From an uncultured Methanolobus sp. (GTDB lineage Archaea > Halobacteriota > Methanosarcinia > Methanosarcinales > Methanosarcinaceae): DNA of 64,000 bases. Below are positions 1-11,546 of this stretch, one piece after another. Where the stretch lies: the NCBI GenBank assembly GCA_963675495.1, contig OY776215.1:2784001-2848000 (forward strand), written 5' to 3'. The position numbers were made by a program, and so were the translations under genes. How positions within the stretch are numbered: position 1 is the first letter of the stretch; each line of letters starts with the position of its first letter. Under the pieces are notes generated by a model. That model ran no database searches, was not told where the DNA came from, and worked only from the letters and a program-made list of their open reading frames with translations.

Positions 1-26
1 ATAGCAAAAAAGAATTACGGATGGGG

Positions 27-923
27 TTACCATCCACGGTTCTGTAAAATATCTTCATCAGCAATGGAATCAACACTAATACCTTTCATACCAGTGCCGA
101 TACCTTTTGATACCTTTGCAAGCACTTCAGGATTGTCGTAGTTGTTAACAGCCTCAACAATAGCCTTTGCCATTAGTTCAGGATTCTCTGACTTAAAGAT
201 TCCAGATCCTACAAACACACCATCTGCACCCATGCGCATCATAAGAGCTGCATCTGCTGGTGTTGCAACACCGCCTGCTGCAAAGTTAACAACAGGAATA
301 CGCTGCATCTCTGCAGTTTCTATCACAAGTTCAATTGGAGCTTCAATATCACGAGCAACAGCAATGAGCTCTTCCTTGGTCATGCCTTTTAACATGCGAA
401 TCTCACCAAGTATCTGCTTCATGTGCTTAACAGCCTCACTGACATCACCAGTTCCAGCTTCACCTTTTGTGCGTATCATTGCAGCGCCTTCGTTAATTCT
501 GCGAAGTGCCTCACCAAGGTTTCTTGCACCACAAACAAATGGTACGGTGAACTGTGTCTTATCAATGTGATAACTATTGTCAGCAGGTGTGAGTACTTCG
601 GACTCATCAACCATGTCAACACCAAGAGCTTCTAAGATCTCAGCTTCTACAAAGTGGCCAATACGTGCTTTTCCCATAACAGGAATAGTTACAGTAGAAA
701 TTATATCTGCAACAATCTGAGGATCTGCCATTCTGGCAACTCCGCCTTCCTTTCTGATGTCTGCAGGCACAGTCTGAAGTGCCATGACAGCAACAGCTCC
801 AGCCTCTTCTGCTATCTTTGCCTGCTCAGGGTTTGTGACATCCATGATCACACCGCCTTTCTGCATCTTTGCAAAGCCGCGTTTAATAAGCTCTGTACCG
901 TGTCTTAATTTTTCAAGTTCCAT
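27..923 (-). CDS. pdxS: Pyridoxal 5'-phosphate synthase lyase subunit
   Basis: [19 protein letters not shown] and [13 protein letters not shown] motifs; 298 aa. Confidence 0.97.
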   Translation of the reverse strand: MELEKLRHGTELIKRGFAKMQKGGVIMDVTNPEQAKIAEEAGAVAVMALQTVPADIRKEGGVARMADPQIVADIISTVTIPVMGKARIGHFVEAEILEALGVDMVDESEVLTPADNSYHIDKTQFTVPFVCGARNLGEALRRINEGAAMIRTKGEAGTGDVSEAVKHMKQILGEIRMLKGMTKEELIAVARDIEAPIELVIETAEMQRIPVVNFAAGGVATPADAALMMRMGADGVFVGSGIFKSENPELMAKAIVEAVNNYDNPEVLAKVSKGIGTGMKGISVDSIADEDILQNRGW

Positions 924-1008
924 AATATCATCCTGAATTAGTTATATGAATTTTTATGCCTAGCTACTCAGATTACTAGATAAAGTTAATGCTTAAAAGC
1001 ATTTACAT

Positions 1009-3519
1009 CTAGTTTTCTTCAGCTTTTAATCTCGCTACACCAACCACTTTGTCGCTGGATCGAACATTCATGATCTTAACTCCCTGTGTGTTCCTTCCCT
1101 GGACGCGAACATCCTTCACTGGAATGCGAATGATGATGCCTTCGGAACTTGTCAGGATTATATCGTCATCTTCGTGGACTGCTTTGACATTGATGACCGG
1201 TCCGTTGCGCAGACTTGTAACAATGGTTATAACACCACGTCCGCCCCTGTGCATTGACCTGTATTCCCCAAATTCCGTTCTCTTACCAAAACCATTCTCG
1301 GTTACTGTGAGAAGTGAGGCGCTTTCATCAACAATATCAAGGCTAACTACCATATCACCGGCTTCCAGGTTCATACCCCGGACACCTCTGGCACTGCGAC
1401 CCATCACACGTACTTCATCCTCGGCGAAGCGTATTGCTTTTCCGTGTCTTGAAACCATGACCATATCCCTTAAACCATCTGTGAGGGCCACATTTACAAG
1501 TTCATCTTCTTCAAGAAGACTAATGGCAATTATGCCCTTTTTGCGTGGGTTGCTGAAATCGGATAATTGACTCTTCTTGACCGTACCCATGCGTGTAGCC
1601 ATAAAGAGATATTCATCTTCTTTGAACTCACTCACAGGTATCATGGCTGTTACCAGTTCACCGTCACCAAGTTCGAGCAAATTAACAATGGCCTTACCAC
1701 GGGCCTGTCTGCTGCCCTCTGGTATTTCATAGACCTTACGCCAGTGTACACGTCCCTGATTTGTGAAGAACATTATGTAATCATGTGTTGAGGCAACAAA
1801 GATGTCAACCACGAAATCCTCATCTTTGGTGTCCATACCTATTACGCCTTTTCCACCTCTGTGCTGTTGGGAATATGTGTCCACAGGAAGTCTCTTGATG
1901 TATCCACTGTTGGTGATAGTAACTACCATATCCTCTACAGGGATCAGGTCCTCATTTTCCAGTTCCTCTTCAGAGGCTTTGATGGCGGTCCTGCGTACGT
2001 CGCCGAAACGTTCCTTCAGATCAGTCAGCTCATCCCTGATAATAGCATATTTTCTTTCATCGCTTGCGATGATATCTTTATGTTCAGCGATCTGTTTGAG
2101 AAGCTCATCGTACTCGTCATCGATCTTTTGTCTTTCAAGACCTGTGAGTTTCTGAAGGCGCATGTCAAGGATAGCTTTTGCCTGTATCTCATCAAGACCA
2201 AACTTGCTGATGAGTCCTTCCCTTGCTTCTTCCACATTTTTGGAACCACGTATGAGTGAAATGACCTGGTCCAGATTGTCAAGGGCGATCTTCAGGCCTT
2301 TGAGTATGTGAGCTCTGTCCTCAGCCTTTTTAAGAAGGAATTGTGTACGTTTCAGTATAACATCGACACGATGTTGCAGATAGATGCTCAATATCTGCTT
2401 TAGGTCAAGTTCCTGTGGTACATTATCCACAAGTGCAAGATTGATTATGCCAAAGGTTGTCTGCATCTGTGTGTGTTTGTAGAGCTGGTTCAGTACAACA
2501 TTTGCATTGGTACCGCGGGTCAGTTCAACGACAACACGTATCCCGTCACGATCGGATTCATCACGCAGATCTGAAACTCCGATTACCTTCTTTTCCCTTA
2601 CAAGGCTTGCTATATCTTCAATGAGTTTTGCCTTGTTGACCTGGTACGGAAGTTCAGATACAACTATGCGGTACTTGTCCTTTTTTATTTCATCAATTTC
2701 AGCAACAGCCCTTATTTTTACCCTTCCACGGCCAGTCTCATAGGCTGATTTAAATCCCTGGGTACCAAGTATGACTCCACCGGTTGGGAAGTCAGGTCCT
2801 TTGATAGCTGTCATTAATTGTGGAATTGTAGTTTCCGAATTATCAATGAGCATTAAAGTTGCGTTGATGACCTCGGTAAGATTATGAGGTGCCATGTTTG
2901 TGGCCATACCCACAGCAATACCTGTTGAACCATTTATAAGCAGGTTTGGCAGCTTTGCAGGAAGCACAACTGGTTCTTCAAGTGAACCATCGTAATTAGG
3001 ACGTGTTGAAACCGTATTCTTGTCGATATCCAGAAGCATCTCATCGCATATCTTGTCCATGCGTACCTCAGTGTAACGCATGGCAGCAGCAGAGTCACCA
3101 TCGATTGAACCAAAATTTCCCTGTCCATCTATGAATGGATATCTCAATGAGAATTCCTGAACCATCCTGACAAGGGAATCGTAAACTGCAGTATCACCAT
3201 GTGGGTGGTACTTACCAAGAACGTCTCCCACTACACGGGCGGACTTCTTGTAAGCCTTGTCATAGGTGATACCTGCCTCTTTCATGGCGTAGAGTATCCT
3301 TCGGTGAACGGGTTTGAGGCCGTCCTTTGCATCAGGTAATGCACGGCTTACAATTACACTCATTGCATAGTCCATGAATGAGTTCTTCATTTCATCTTCA
3401 ATGAGTATCGGTATTATCTTTTCACCTGTATCCGTAGGCTGGATATCAAAAGGAACTTCGTCTTCGGTATTTGATGGATCATTGTCCTGAACATTTTCAT
3501 TATCAATATTATCTGCCAT
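1009..3519 (-). CDS. gyrA: DNA gyrase subunit A
   Basis: [22 protein letters not shown] (catalytic Tyr), GyrA-box QHRGGKG and C-terminal pinwheel repeats. Confidence 0.98.
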   Translation of the reverse strand: MADNIDNENVQDNDPSNTEDEVPFDIQPTDTGEKIIPILIEDEMKNSFMDYAMSVIVSRALPDAKDGLKPVHRRILYAMKEAGITYDKAYKKSARVVGDVLGKYHPHGDTAVYDSLVRMVQEFSLRYPFIDGQGNFGSIDGDSAAAMRYTEVRMDKICDEMLLDIDKNTVSTRPNYDGSLEEPVVLPAKLPNLLINGSTGIAVGMATNMAPHNLTEVINATLMLIDNSETTIPQLMTAIKGPDFPTGGVILGTQGFKSAYETGRGRVKIRAVAEIDEIKKDKYRIVVSELPYQVNKAKLIEDIASLVREKKVIGVSDLRDESDRDGIRVVVELTRGTNANVVLNQLYKHTQMQTTFGIINLALVDNVPQELDLKQILSIYLQHRVDVILKRTQFLLKKAEDRAHILKGLKIALDNLDQVISLIRGSKNVEEAREGLISKFGLDEIQAKAILDMRLQKLTGLERQKIDDEYDELLKQIAEHKDIIASDERKYAIIRDELTDLKERFGDVRRTAIKASEEELENEDLIPVEDMVVTITNSGYIKRLPVDTYSQQHRGGKGVIGMDTKDEDFVVDIFVASTHDYIMFFTNQGRVHWRKVYEIPEGSRQARGKAIVNLLELGDGELVTAMIPVSEFKEDEYLFMATRMGTVKKSQLSDFSNPRKKGIIAISLLEEDELVNVALTDGLRDMVMVSRHGKAIRFAEDEVRVMGRSARGVRGMNLEAGDMVVSLDIVDESASLLTVTENGFGKRTEFGEYRSMHRGGRGVITIVTSLRNGPVINVKAVHEDDDIILTSSEGIIIRIPVKDVRVQGRNTQGVKIMNVRSSDKVVGVARLKAEEN

Positions 3520-3528
3520 TTTTTCACC

Positions 3529-5433
<1,905 letters not shown>

Positions 5434-5792
5434 TTAAATACAGCTCCGTGAAAAATTCATAATTACCACATATAAATAAAGTCTAATCAACTATGTCTAA
5501 AACGTATACTTAGTCATCCCTCAAAAATACAGTTTAAGAAATATTTATTTTGAATCTCTCGGTTCTTATTTTGATCTAAAACATCTGGCTCCTCATTACG
5601 CATTCATGCTTATTAAATGTTTATATAATTTTGTTATAAAAAAGCTGGGAATATAAGTGAAAGTTGTCATTTTCTTTGTTTAAAGTAGGACATATTCCCT
5701 TGACCACCTAATATATTAGACATCAAGTAATTGATATATTCCGTGGGTGAATCTCTAGGCATTTAGTTGATACAATTATATGATGATAATAA

Positions 5793-8345
5793 ATGACAAA
5801 ACTTGATGTAAATTCGGAAATTGCAAAAGTAATCAATGACAGCCCTGTAACAATTTTTATTTGGAAACCAGAAGAAGGCTGGCCAGTAGAATTTGTCTCA
5901 GGGAATGTAAGTCAGTTTGGATATTCATCCGAAGATTTTCTTTCGGGTAAATTAAAGTATGAAGATATTATCCATCCTGATGACATTGAACATGTAAACA
6001 GAGAGGTTAAAGAATACTCTAAAACGCACGTTGATAATTTTATTCAGGAATACAGGATACTGACAGCATCAGGTGAGACCCGGTGTATAGATGATAGAAC
6101 CATTATCCGAAGGGATGAGGCTGGCAATATTAAGTATTATGAAGGGATCATTCTGGATATAAGTCAGCGAAAGCTCTCAGAAACAATTATTGATTGCCGC
6201 AATCAAGTTCTTGAATCCCTGGCATCTGGTGCAACTCTGGATGAAGTTCTTTTGCACCTGGTGACATCTACAGAAAAAATTGTGCCTGGAACAATAAGTT
6301 TTGTTATGTTACTGGATAAGGAAAAGAAACATCTGGTTCATGCTATTTCTCCCCATCTTCCGCATTTCTACAAAAAAGCTATCGAAGGGCTACCCATAGG
6401 CGAAGGCATTGGCTCCTGCTCAACAGCTGTCCACACAGGGAAAAGGGTTATTGTAGAGGACATAATGGGGCATCCGTACTGGAAAGATCTTAAGGAAATT
6501 GCAGCCAAAGCAGACATCAGGGCAAGTTGTTGTGAACCTATAATAAGTTCGAATAATGAGGTCTTTGGAACCTTCGGAATGTACTTCCGCAAGCCACACA
6601 AACCTGCAAAGGAAGAGCTCGATATCCTTAAAGCAAACGCCAATCTCGCAGCTATCGCAATAAACAACAAAAGGGTATTAGACAGCGCTCTTGAATCTGA
6701 ACAAAAACTCAAGATCATTCTCAACAATGTAAACGACCAGATATATATCAGCGAACTCGATGGGAAAGCGATCGCTGTGAACCAGGCTGTAGTAGATACA
6801 TTGGGTTACAGCAAGGATGAGATGTTAAGAGCATATCCTTCTGATATTGTTCCATCAAAAGATGTGCACCGCGTATCAAAACTCATGAAGGAGATTGAAA
6901 CGGATGGAAGAGCGATATATGAGACCGAGGCGATACATAAGGACGGCAGGAAGATACCTCTGGAAGTCAGTGCACGGTTCATAATCTATGACGGGAAAAA
7001 AACCATTTTGTCAGTCGCCAGAGACATCAGTGAGCGCAAAAGGGCCGAAAGGAAACGTCGGCTTGAAGAAGAAAGGCTTGAAGCGCTTGTTAAACTTAAC
7101 AGTATGACCGGTGCCTCTTTAAAAGAGATCACGGATTTTGCAAGGGAAGAAGCTGTAAGACTTACTGAAAGTACACTTGGATACCTCGCGTTTATGAATG
7201 CTGATGAAACTGCGCTCATAATGCATTCCTGGTCGGAAAGTGCCATGAAGGAATGTGGTGTCAAAAACAAACAATTCATATATCCGATCAAAACTACTGG
7301 CTTATGGGGTGAAGCAGTAAGGCAGCGAAGACCGATAATAACAAATGATTACTCTCTTCCAAGTACAATGAAAAAAGGATACCCAAAGGATCATGTGGAA
7401 CTTACAAGGCATATGAATATCCCAATTATCGATGGTGATCATATCGTTGCCGTTGCAGGTGTTGGCAATAAAGAAGAAGACTACGATGAATCAGATCTAC
7501 GCCAACTTACTTTATTGATGCAGGGTATGTGGAGCCTCGTTCAAAGAAAACAAATAGAAGATGCCTTAAAGCAATATTCTGACGAACTAAAGATGGCAAA
7601 TGAGGAACTAAGGTCTATCGGCAGGATGAAAACAGAATTCATTGCAGAAAGGATGGAACTTATATATGGTCCTGAGCACTCAGAATTCAGTATCCTTGAT
7701 GATGAGACTATCAGGGTGATCGATGACCAGCAGGCAAAGGCTATCAATTCCGTATTGCTCAACTCTGAAAGGTTAAAACGTCTGGTAAATTCGCTTTTGT
7801 ATATGAGCCAGGAGCAGGCAGGAAAGATAGAATATACATTTTCCTGGACACAAATGAACAAACTCATATCAGAAGCTCTGATGAATCTGATATTGCTGAT
7901 AGATGAGAAAGGAATTACTTTAGAGGTGAATGTACCCAACGAACTGCCGGCAATAAGATCAGATAAGGATAAATTGACAGAAACATTGATAATTCTTATA
8001 GATAATGCAATCAAGTTCACTCCTGAAGGTGGAAGGATAAACATAGATGCAAGTGAAGAAAGTAACCATCTGCACTTGAGAATAAGTGATACGGGACCAG
8101 GTATACAGAAAGACCTTATACCGCATATCTTCCAGAAATTCTACCAGGTTGAGGACTCAATGAGTCGAATGTATCAGGGACTTGAATCCGGTCTTTACAT
8201 TTGTAAGGACATCATCCTTGCGCATAAAGGTGAGATATGGCTCGAAAGTGAAAAGGGTAAAGGGACTACGTTCCACATAATGCTTCCAACAGGTGTTGTG
8301 GATGATGATTCCTCCAGTTTATCAAAAAGAGAGATGATAAAATGA
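5793..8345 (+). CDS. PAS-GAF-PAS-GAF-HATPase sensor kinase lacking the H-box (MsmS/RdmS-like)
   Basis: Two PAS and two GAF domains; N-box LIDNAIKFT and G1 DTGPGI present; no SHELRTP His box; adjacent to Msr regulator and mts-like gene. Confidence 0.85.
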   Translation: MTKLDVNSEIAKVINDSPVTIFIWKPEEGWPVEFVSGNVSQFGYSSEDFLSGKLKYEDIIHPDDIEHVNREVKEYSKTHVDNFIQEYRILTASGETRCIDDRTIIRRDEAGNIKYYEGIILDISQRKLSETIIDCRNQVLESLASGATLDEVLLHLVTSTEKIVPGTISFVMLLDKEKKHLVHAISPHLPHFYKKAIEGLPIGEGIGSCSTAVHTGKRVIVEDIMGHPYWKDLKEIAAKADIRASCCEPIISSNNEVFGTFGMYFRKPHKPAKEELDILKANANLAAIAINNKRVLDSALESEQKLKIILNNVNDQIYISELDGKAIAVNQAVVDTLGYSKDEMLRAYPSDIVPSKDVHRVSKLMKEIETDGRAIYETEAIHKDGRKIPLEVSARFIIYDGKKTILSVARDISERKRAERKRRLEEERLEALVKLNSMTGASLKEITDFAREEAVRLTESTLGYLAFMNADETALIMHSWSESAMKECGVKNKQFIYPIKTTGLWGEAVRQRRPIITNDYSLPSTMKKGYPKDHVELTRHMNIPIIDGDHIVAVAGVGNKEEDYDESDLRQLTLLMQGMWSLVQRKQIEDALKQYSDELKMANEELRSIGRMKTEFIAERMELIYGPEHSEFSILDDETIRVIDDQQAKAINSVLLNSERLKRLVNSLLYMSQEQAGKIEYTFSWTQMNKLISEALMNLILLIDEKGITLEVNVPNELPAIRSDKDKLTETLIILIDNAIKFTPEGGRINIDASEESNHLHLRISDTGPGIQKDLIPHIFQKFYQVEDSMSRMYQGLESGLYICKDIILAHKGEIWLESEKGKGTTFHIMLPTGVVDDDSSSLSKREMIK

Positions 8346-9127
8346 AATTGGCTCTGTTAGGCACTCTTTTTCTATCCGACAAAAGAAAAGATCTCCTCAT
8401 CCTGCTGATAGAACAGCCTATGAACATCGATGAGATCAAAAATACACTCAATGTCACTTCCAGTGCTATGATGACACAGATCAAGATACTCATCGATCAG
8501 GGCATAATACTTTACGAGGATGATCATTACAGGCTCTCGAGCTTTGGAGAGGTAATCGTAAAAAAAATGATTCCTCTTTTAAACACTCTAATGGTCTTCG
8601 AAGATAATAAACAATACTGGGAGAATCATAAAGTTGAAGGTATTCCGGCACATCTTCTTGAAAGAATAGAAGAACTTGGTTCCTGTGAAGTTGTTGAGCC
8701 GGAACTTAATCGTATGTATGAATTACCGAAAAAGTTCACTGACAATCTCGTACAGTCAAAATACATCATGGAAATTTCTTCTTCATTCAGTCCGGCTTAT
8801 CCCTCTAAGTACATTGAACTTGCCAGAAAAGGTGTTCGAATATCACTTATAATAACGGAGCCTGTATTTGAAAGATTCGAAACGGAGTATTTCGAACAAT
8901 TGCAGGATTATCTGGCGATAGAAAATACAGAACTTTTTGTGTGCAAAGACGATATAGGTTTTGCGTCCAGTGTGGTAACAGACAGATTCCTTTCATTGAC
9001 CCTGTTCTATAAGAACGGTATGTTCCACAATCATGCTATGATGAGTTTTGAAATGAATTCATTGGAGTGGGGAGAGGACATATATCAGTTTTTCAGAAAA
9101 ATATCACAAGAAGTGACAGGTATCTGA
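8342..9127 (+). CDS. Msr-family (ArsR-like wHTH + DUF1724) methanogen transcriptional regulator
   Basis: N-terminal LFLSDKRKDLLILL wHTH, YWENH..IPAHLL, C-terminal VTDRFLSL..WGEDIY; ATGA overlap with kinase stop. Confidence 0.88.
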   Translation: MKLALLGTLFLSDKRKDLLILLIEQPMNIDEIKNTLNVTSSAMMTQIKILIDQGIILYEDDHYRLSSFGEVIVKKMIPLLNTLMVFEDNKQYWENHKVEGIPAHLLERIEELGSCEVVEPELNRMYELPKKFTDNLVQSKYIMEISSSFSPAYPSKYIELARKGVRISLIITEPVFERFETEYFEQLQDYLAIENTELFVCKDDIGFASSVVTDRFLSLTLFYKNGMFHNHAMMSFEMNSLEWGEDIYQFFRKISQEVTGI

Positions 9128-9223
9128 GATCCGGCAATCATACAGGAGATATTTACTCCAGATATAATTCTACTTGTTTTGACTTTGAAATATATTGCTT
9201 GAATGCGTTTTACTTTTGCGTTC

Positions 9224-9398
9224 ATCAGATCAAAGCCATTGATCTGATTAAAGCCATTAATCTTATTTGAGTTCTGTTCCTTTGTTAACGGTGTTAATTG
9301 TGAGGCGTTCATTCATAGGATTACGACCCCACTCATAATCATGTGTGGTTTCTGATGTTAACGCCGTTAATAAATAACCAGAGGTTATGATATATACC
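9224..9398 (+). promoter_or_regulatory. Promoter region of the mts-like gene with four RTYAA-N5-TTRAT inverted repeats and a TATA box
   Basis: ATCAA-AGCCA-TTGAT 9229-9243, ATTAA-AGCCA-TTAAT 9247-9261, GTTAA-CGGTG-TTAAT 9284-9298, GTTAA-CGCCG-TTAAT 9357-9371; TATATA about 9391-9396; RBS GGAGG just before ATG 9479. Confidence 0.6.
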
Positions 9399-9478
9399 TA
9401 GACTAAAATACTGTTCTTTGTTAACAGTGAGAAATTAAAGATCACTGTAAAAACCAATCTAAGTTTTGGAGGAAAATT

Positions 9479-11383
9479 ATGAAAGCAGCAATCTTGAACC
9501 AATTAGCGGAAGCTGTAGTCGACGGTGACGACGACCTGGCAGAAGAACTCGCACAAAAAGCCCTTGAAGACGGAGTGGATCCTTACGAGGCAATTGTGGA
9601 CGGACTTGCAAAAGGAATGATCATTGTAAGTGACAAATATGAAAAGGGTGAAGCCTTTGTGCCACACCTGCTCATCGCATCCGGTGCCATGTATGCAGGT
9701 ATGGACATACTGACCCCACATATGAAAGTAGAGGCTGGAACACAACGTTCAGTAGGTGTTATAGGAACCATCGAGGGAGATGTCCACGATATCGGAAAGA
9801 ACCTTGTTAAGACAATGATGTCTGCATCAGGTTTTGATATGGTCGATCTGGGTCACGATGTACCAGTCGAGAAATTCATTGAAGTGGCGAAGGAGAAAAA
9901 AGCAGACCTGGTTTCCATGAGTGCTTTGATGACCACTACCATGACCAACATGGAAAGGGTAATTGAGATGCTGCAGGAGGAAGGTATCAGAGATTCCCTC
10001 ATAGTCATGATAGGAGGAGCGCCTGTTTCCCCCGAATTCGCAGAAAAGATCGGTGCAGACTCTACACATCCTGATTCCCTTGCAGCTACGGAATGGGCAA
10101 AGGATGCAGTAAGCAAACTTGCTCCTGCTGAACAGAGATGGAGTGAGGAGAAAATATCACTTGGCAAGGTCAAATACAGAGAGATCCTGTCTAAAAAGAC
10201 GGTAAAAGGAAAGACAGATGTAGGCTTGGAAACTGCAAAGCAGATCATTGCAGACTTTGAGAGTGTAGCTGTCAAGACGAAAGAAGAAATGACCCATATG
10301 GACAGGACACTGGCTGCAATGGGCGATAAAAAGGTCGACAGATTACCGGTATATCCTCTGGCTTGCGGAGTTTTGAGGAAATTTGCCGATGTTAATTACA
10401 AACAGTATGCTACTGACATCAATGCGTTCGTTGAGAGCGCTTACCTTGGATCCAAATATCTGGATACGGACATGTTCGTGGGACTCATTGATCTTTCTGC
10501 AACATCAGCTGACTTTGGATGTAAGATCAAGTACCCAGAAGATGATACACCTTCATCCGAAGGACACCTTGAGGCATATGAAAGTATAGAAGTTCCTGAG
10601 GTCAAGGAAGGTACTCGTGCTTATGAGCTTGTAATGGCTTCCAAGGCGGCTACTGAGAAACTTAACAAGGAGCTCGATACCCCATTTGTCGGATTCCATG
10701 AAGGTCCCCTGCTTACCCTTACCCAACTCATGGGTGCAGACCGTGTCCTGATGGACATGAAGACAAATCCTGATGTGGTGCTTGAAGCTGTCCAGAAATG
10801 TACAGATTACATCTGCCAGGTATCTGAACTGTTCTTTGAAGAAAGTGCCTGTAATGCACTGTGTATCGACAACCTCTGGTCCAACAATGTGATCATGAGC
10901 GAGGAAGACTACTGGAAGTTCGACGGTAAGTTCGTATACGATCAGCACCTGCCGATCTTCAAGCAATACGACCAGCCATACATAATACACAACTGTGCAG
11001 ATGCGGTACACTTTGAAACACAGATCAAGAAATTCGGAACTCAGCTGTACAGCTACGCATACTATCCGAAACTAAGGGGCAAGGGTTCACAGAACTATGC
11101 AGACCTGATTCCAAAGTATGGTGATATGTGTTGTATGATGGGAGAGGTCAATCCGGTAGAGTTCATGGATAATACCCCAGAAGGTGTCCAGAAGGTAACT
11201 GATGACACAAAGGATCTGCTTGAAGGTGTGCTTCCTGTGCTCAAGGAGAACGGACTGCAATCCAAGTATGTCATGTCATCTGGTTGTGAAATCCCACCAG
11301 GAGGACCGCTTACGACCGTGAAGGCAATGGTGGATACAGTAAAGGAACTGGGTCCAGACCTTCAGAAACAGATATTCGGATAA
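9479..11383 (+). CDS. Corrinoid protein / methyltransferase fusion (MtsD/F/H-like, methylsulfide:CoM type)
   Basis: N-terminal B12-binding cap and DVHDIG motif; C-terminal UroD/MtaA fold with Zn ligands HNC and SGCEIP; 634 aa. Confidence 0.88.
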   Translation: MKAAILNQLAEAVVDGDDDLAEELAQKALEDGVDPYEAIVDGLAKGMIIVSDKYEKGEAFVPHLLIASGAMYAGMDILTPHMKVEAGTQRSVGVIGTIEGDVHDIGKNLVKTMMSASGFDMVDLGHDVPVEKFIEVAKEKKADLVSMSALMTTTMTNMERVIEMLQEEGIRDSLIVMIGGAPVSPEFAEKIGADSTHPDSLAATEWAKDAVSKLAPAEQRWSEEKISLGKVKYREILSKKTVKGKTDVGLETAKQIIADFESVAVKTKEEMTHMDRTLAAMGDKKVDRLPVYPLACGVLRKFADVNYKQYATDINAFVESAYLGSKYLDTDMFVGLIDLSATSADFGCKIKYPEDDTPSSEGHLEAYESIEVPEVKEGTRAYELVMASKAATEKLNKELDTPFVGFHEGPLLTLTQLMGADRVLMDMKTNPDVVLEAVQKCTDYICQVSELFFEESACNALCIDNLWSNNVIMSEEDYWKFDGKFVYDQHLPIFKQYDQPYIIHNCADAVHFETQIKKFGTQLYSYAYYPKLRGKGSQNYADLIPKYGDMCCMMGEVNPVEFMDNTPEGVQKVTDDTKDLLEGVLPVLKENGLQSKYVMSSGCEIPPGGPLTTVKAMVDTVKELGPDLQKQIFG

Positions 11384-11546
11384 GCAGAAACTATCACTTC
11401 CCCTGCTTTTCCTTTTTTACTCATGCGTGATTGGAAAATCACTTTATGAGGTCTATATCCATTGGGTGGCAAACCCCCTATCTCCACAAAGGAGGGGGTA
11501 AACCACTCCACCTCCACATAAACTCTCCACATAAAAGGTGATAACA

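Noticed and set aside
1000-1011. Pyrrolysine readthrough of TAG stops (gyrA; also the DNase gene at 61611)
   Set aside because: Both proteins are complete at the TAG; readthrough adds only a residue or a short low-complexity tail
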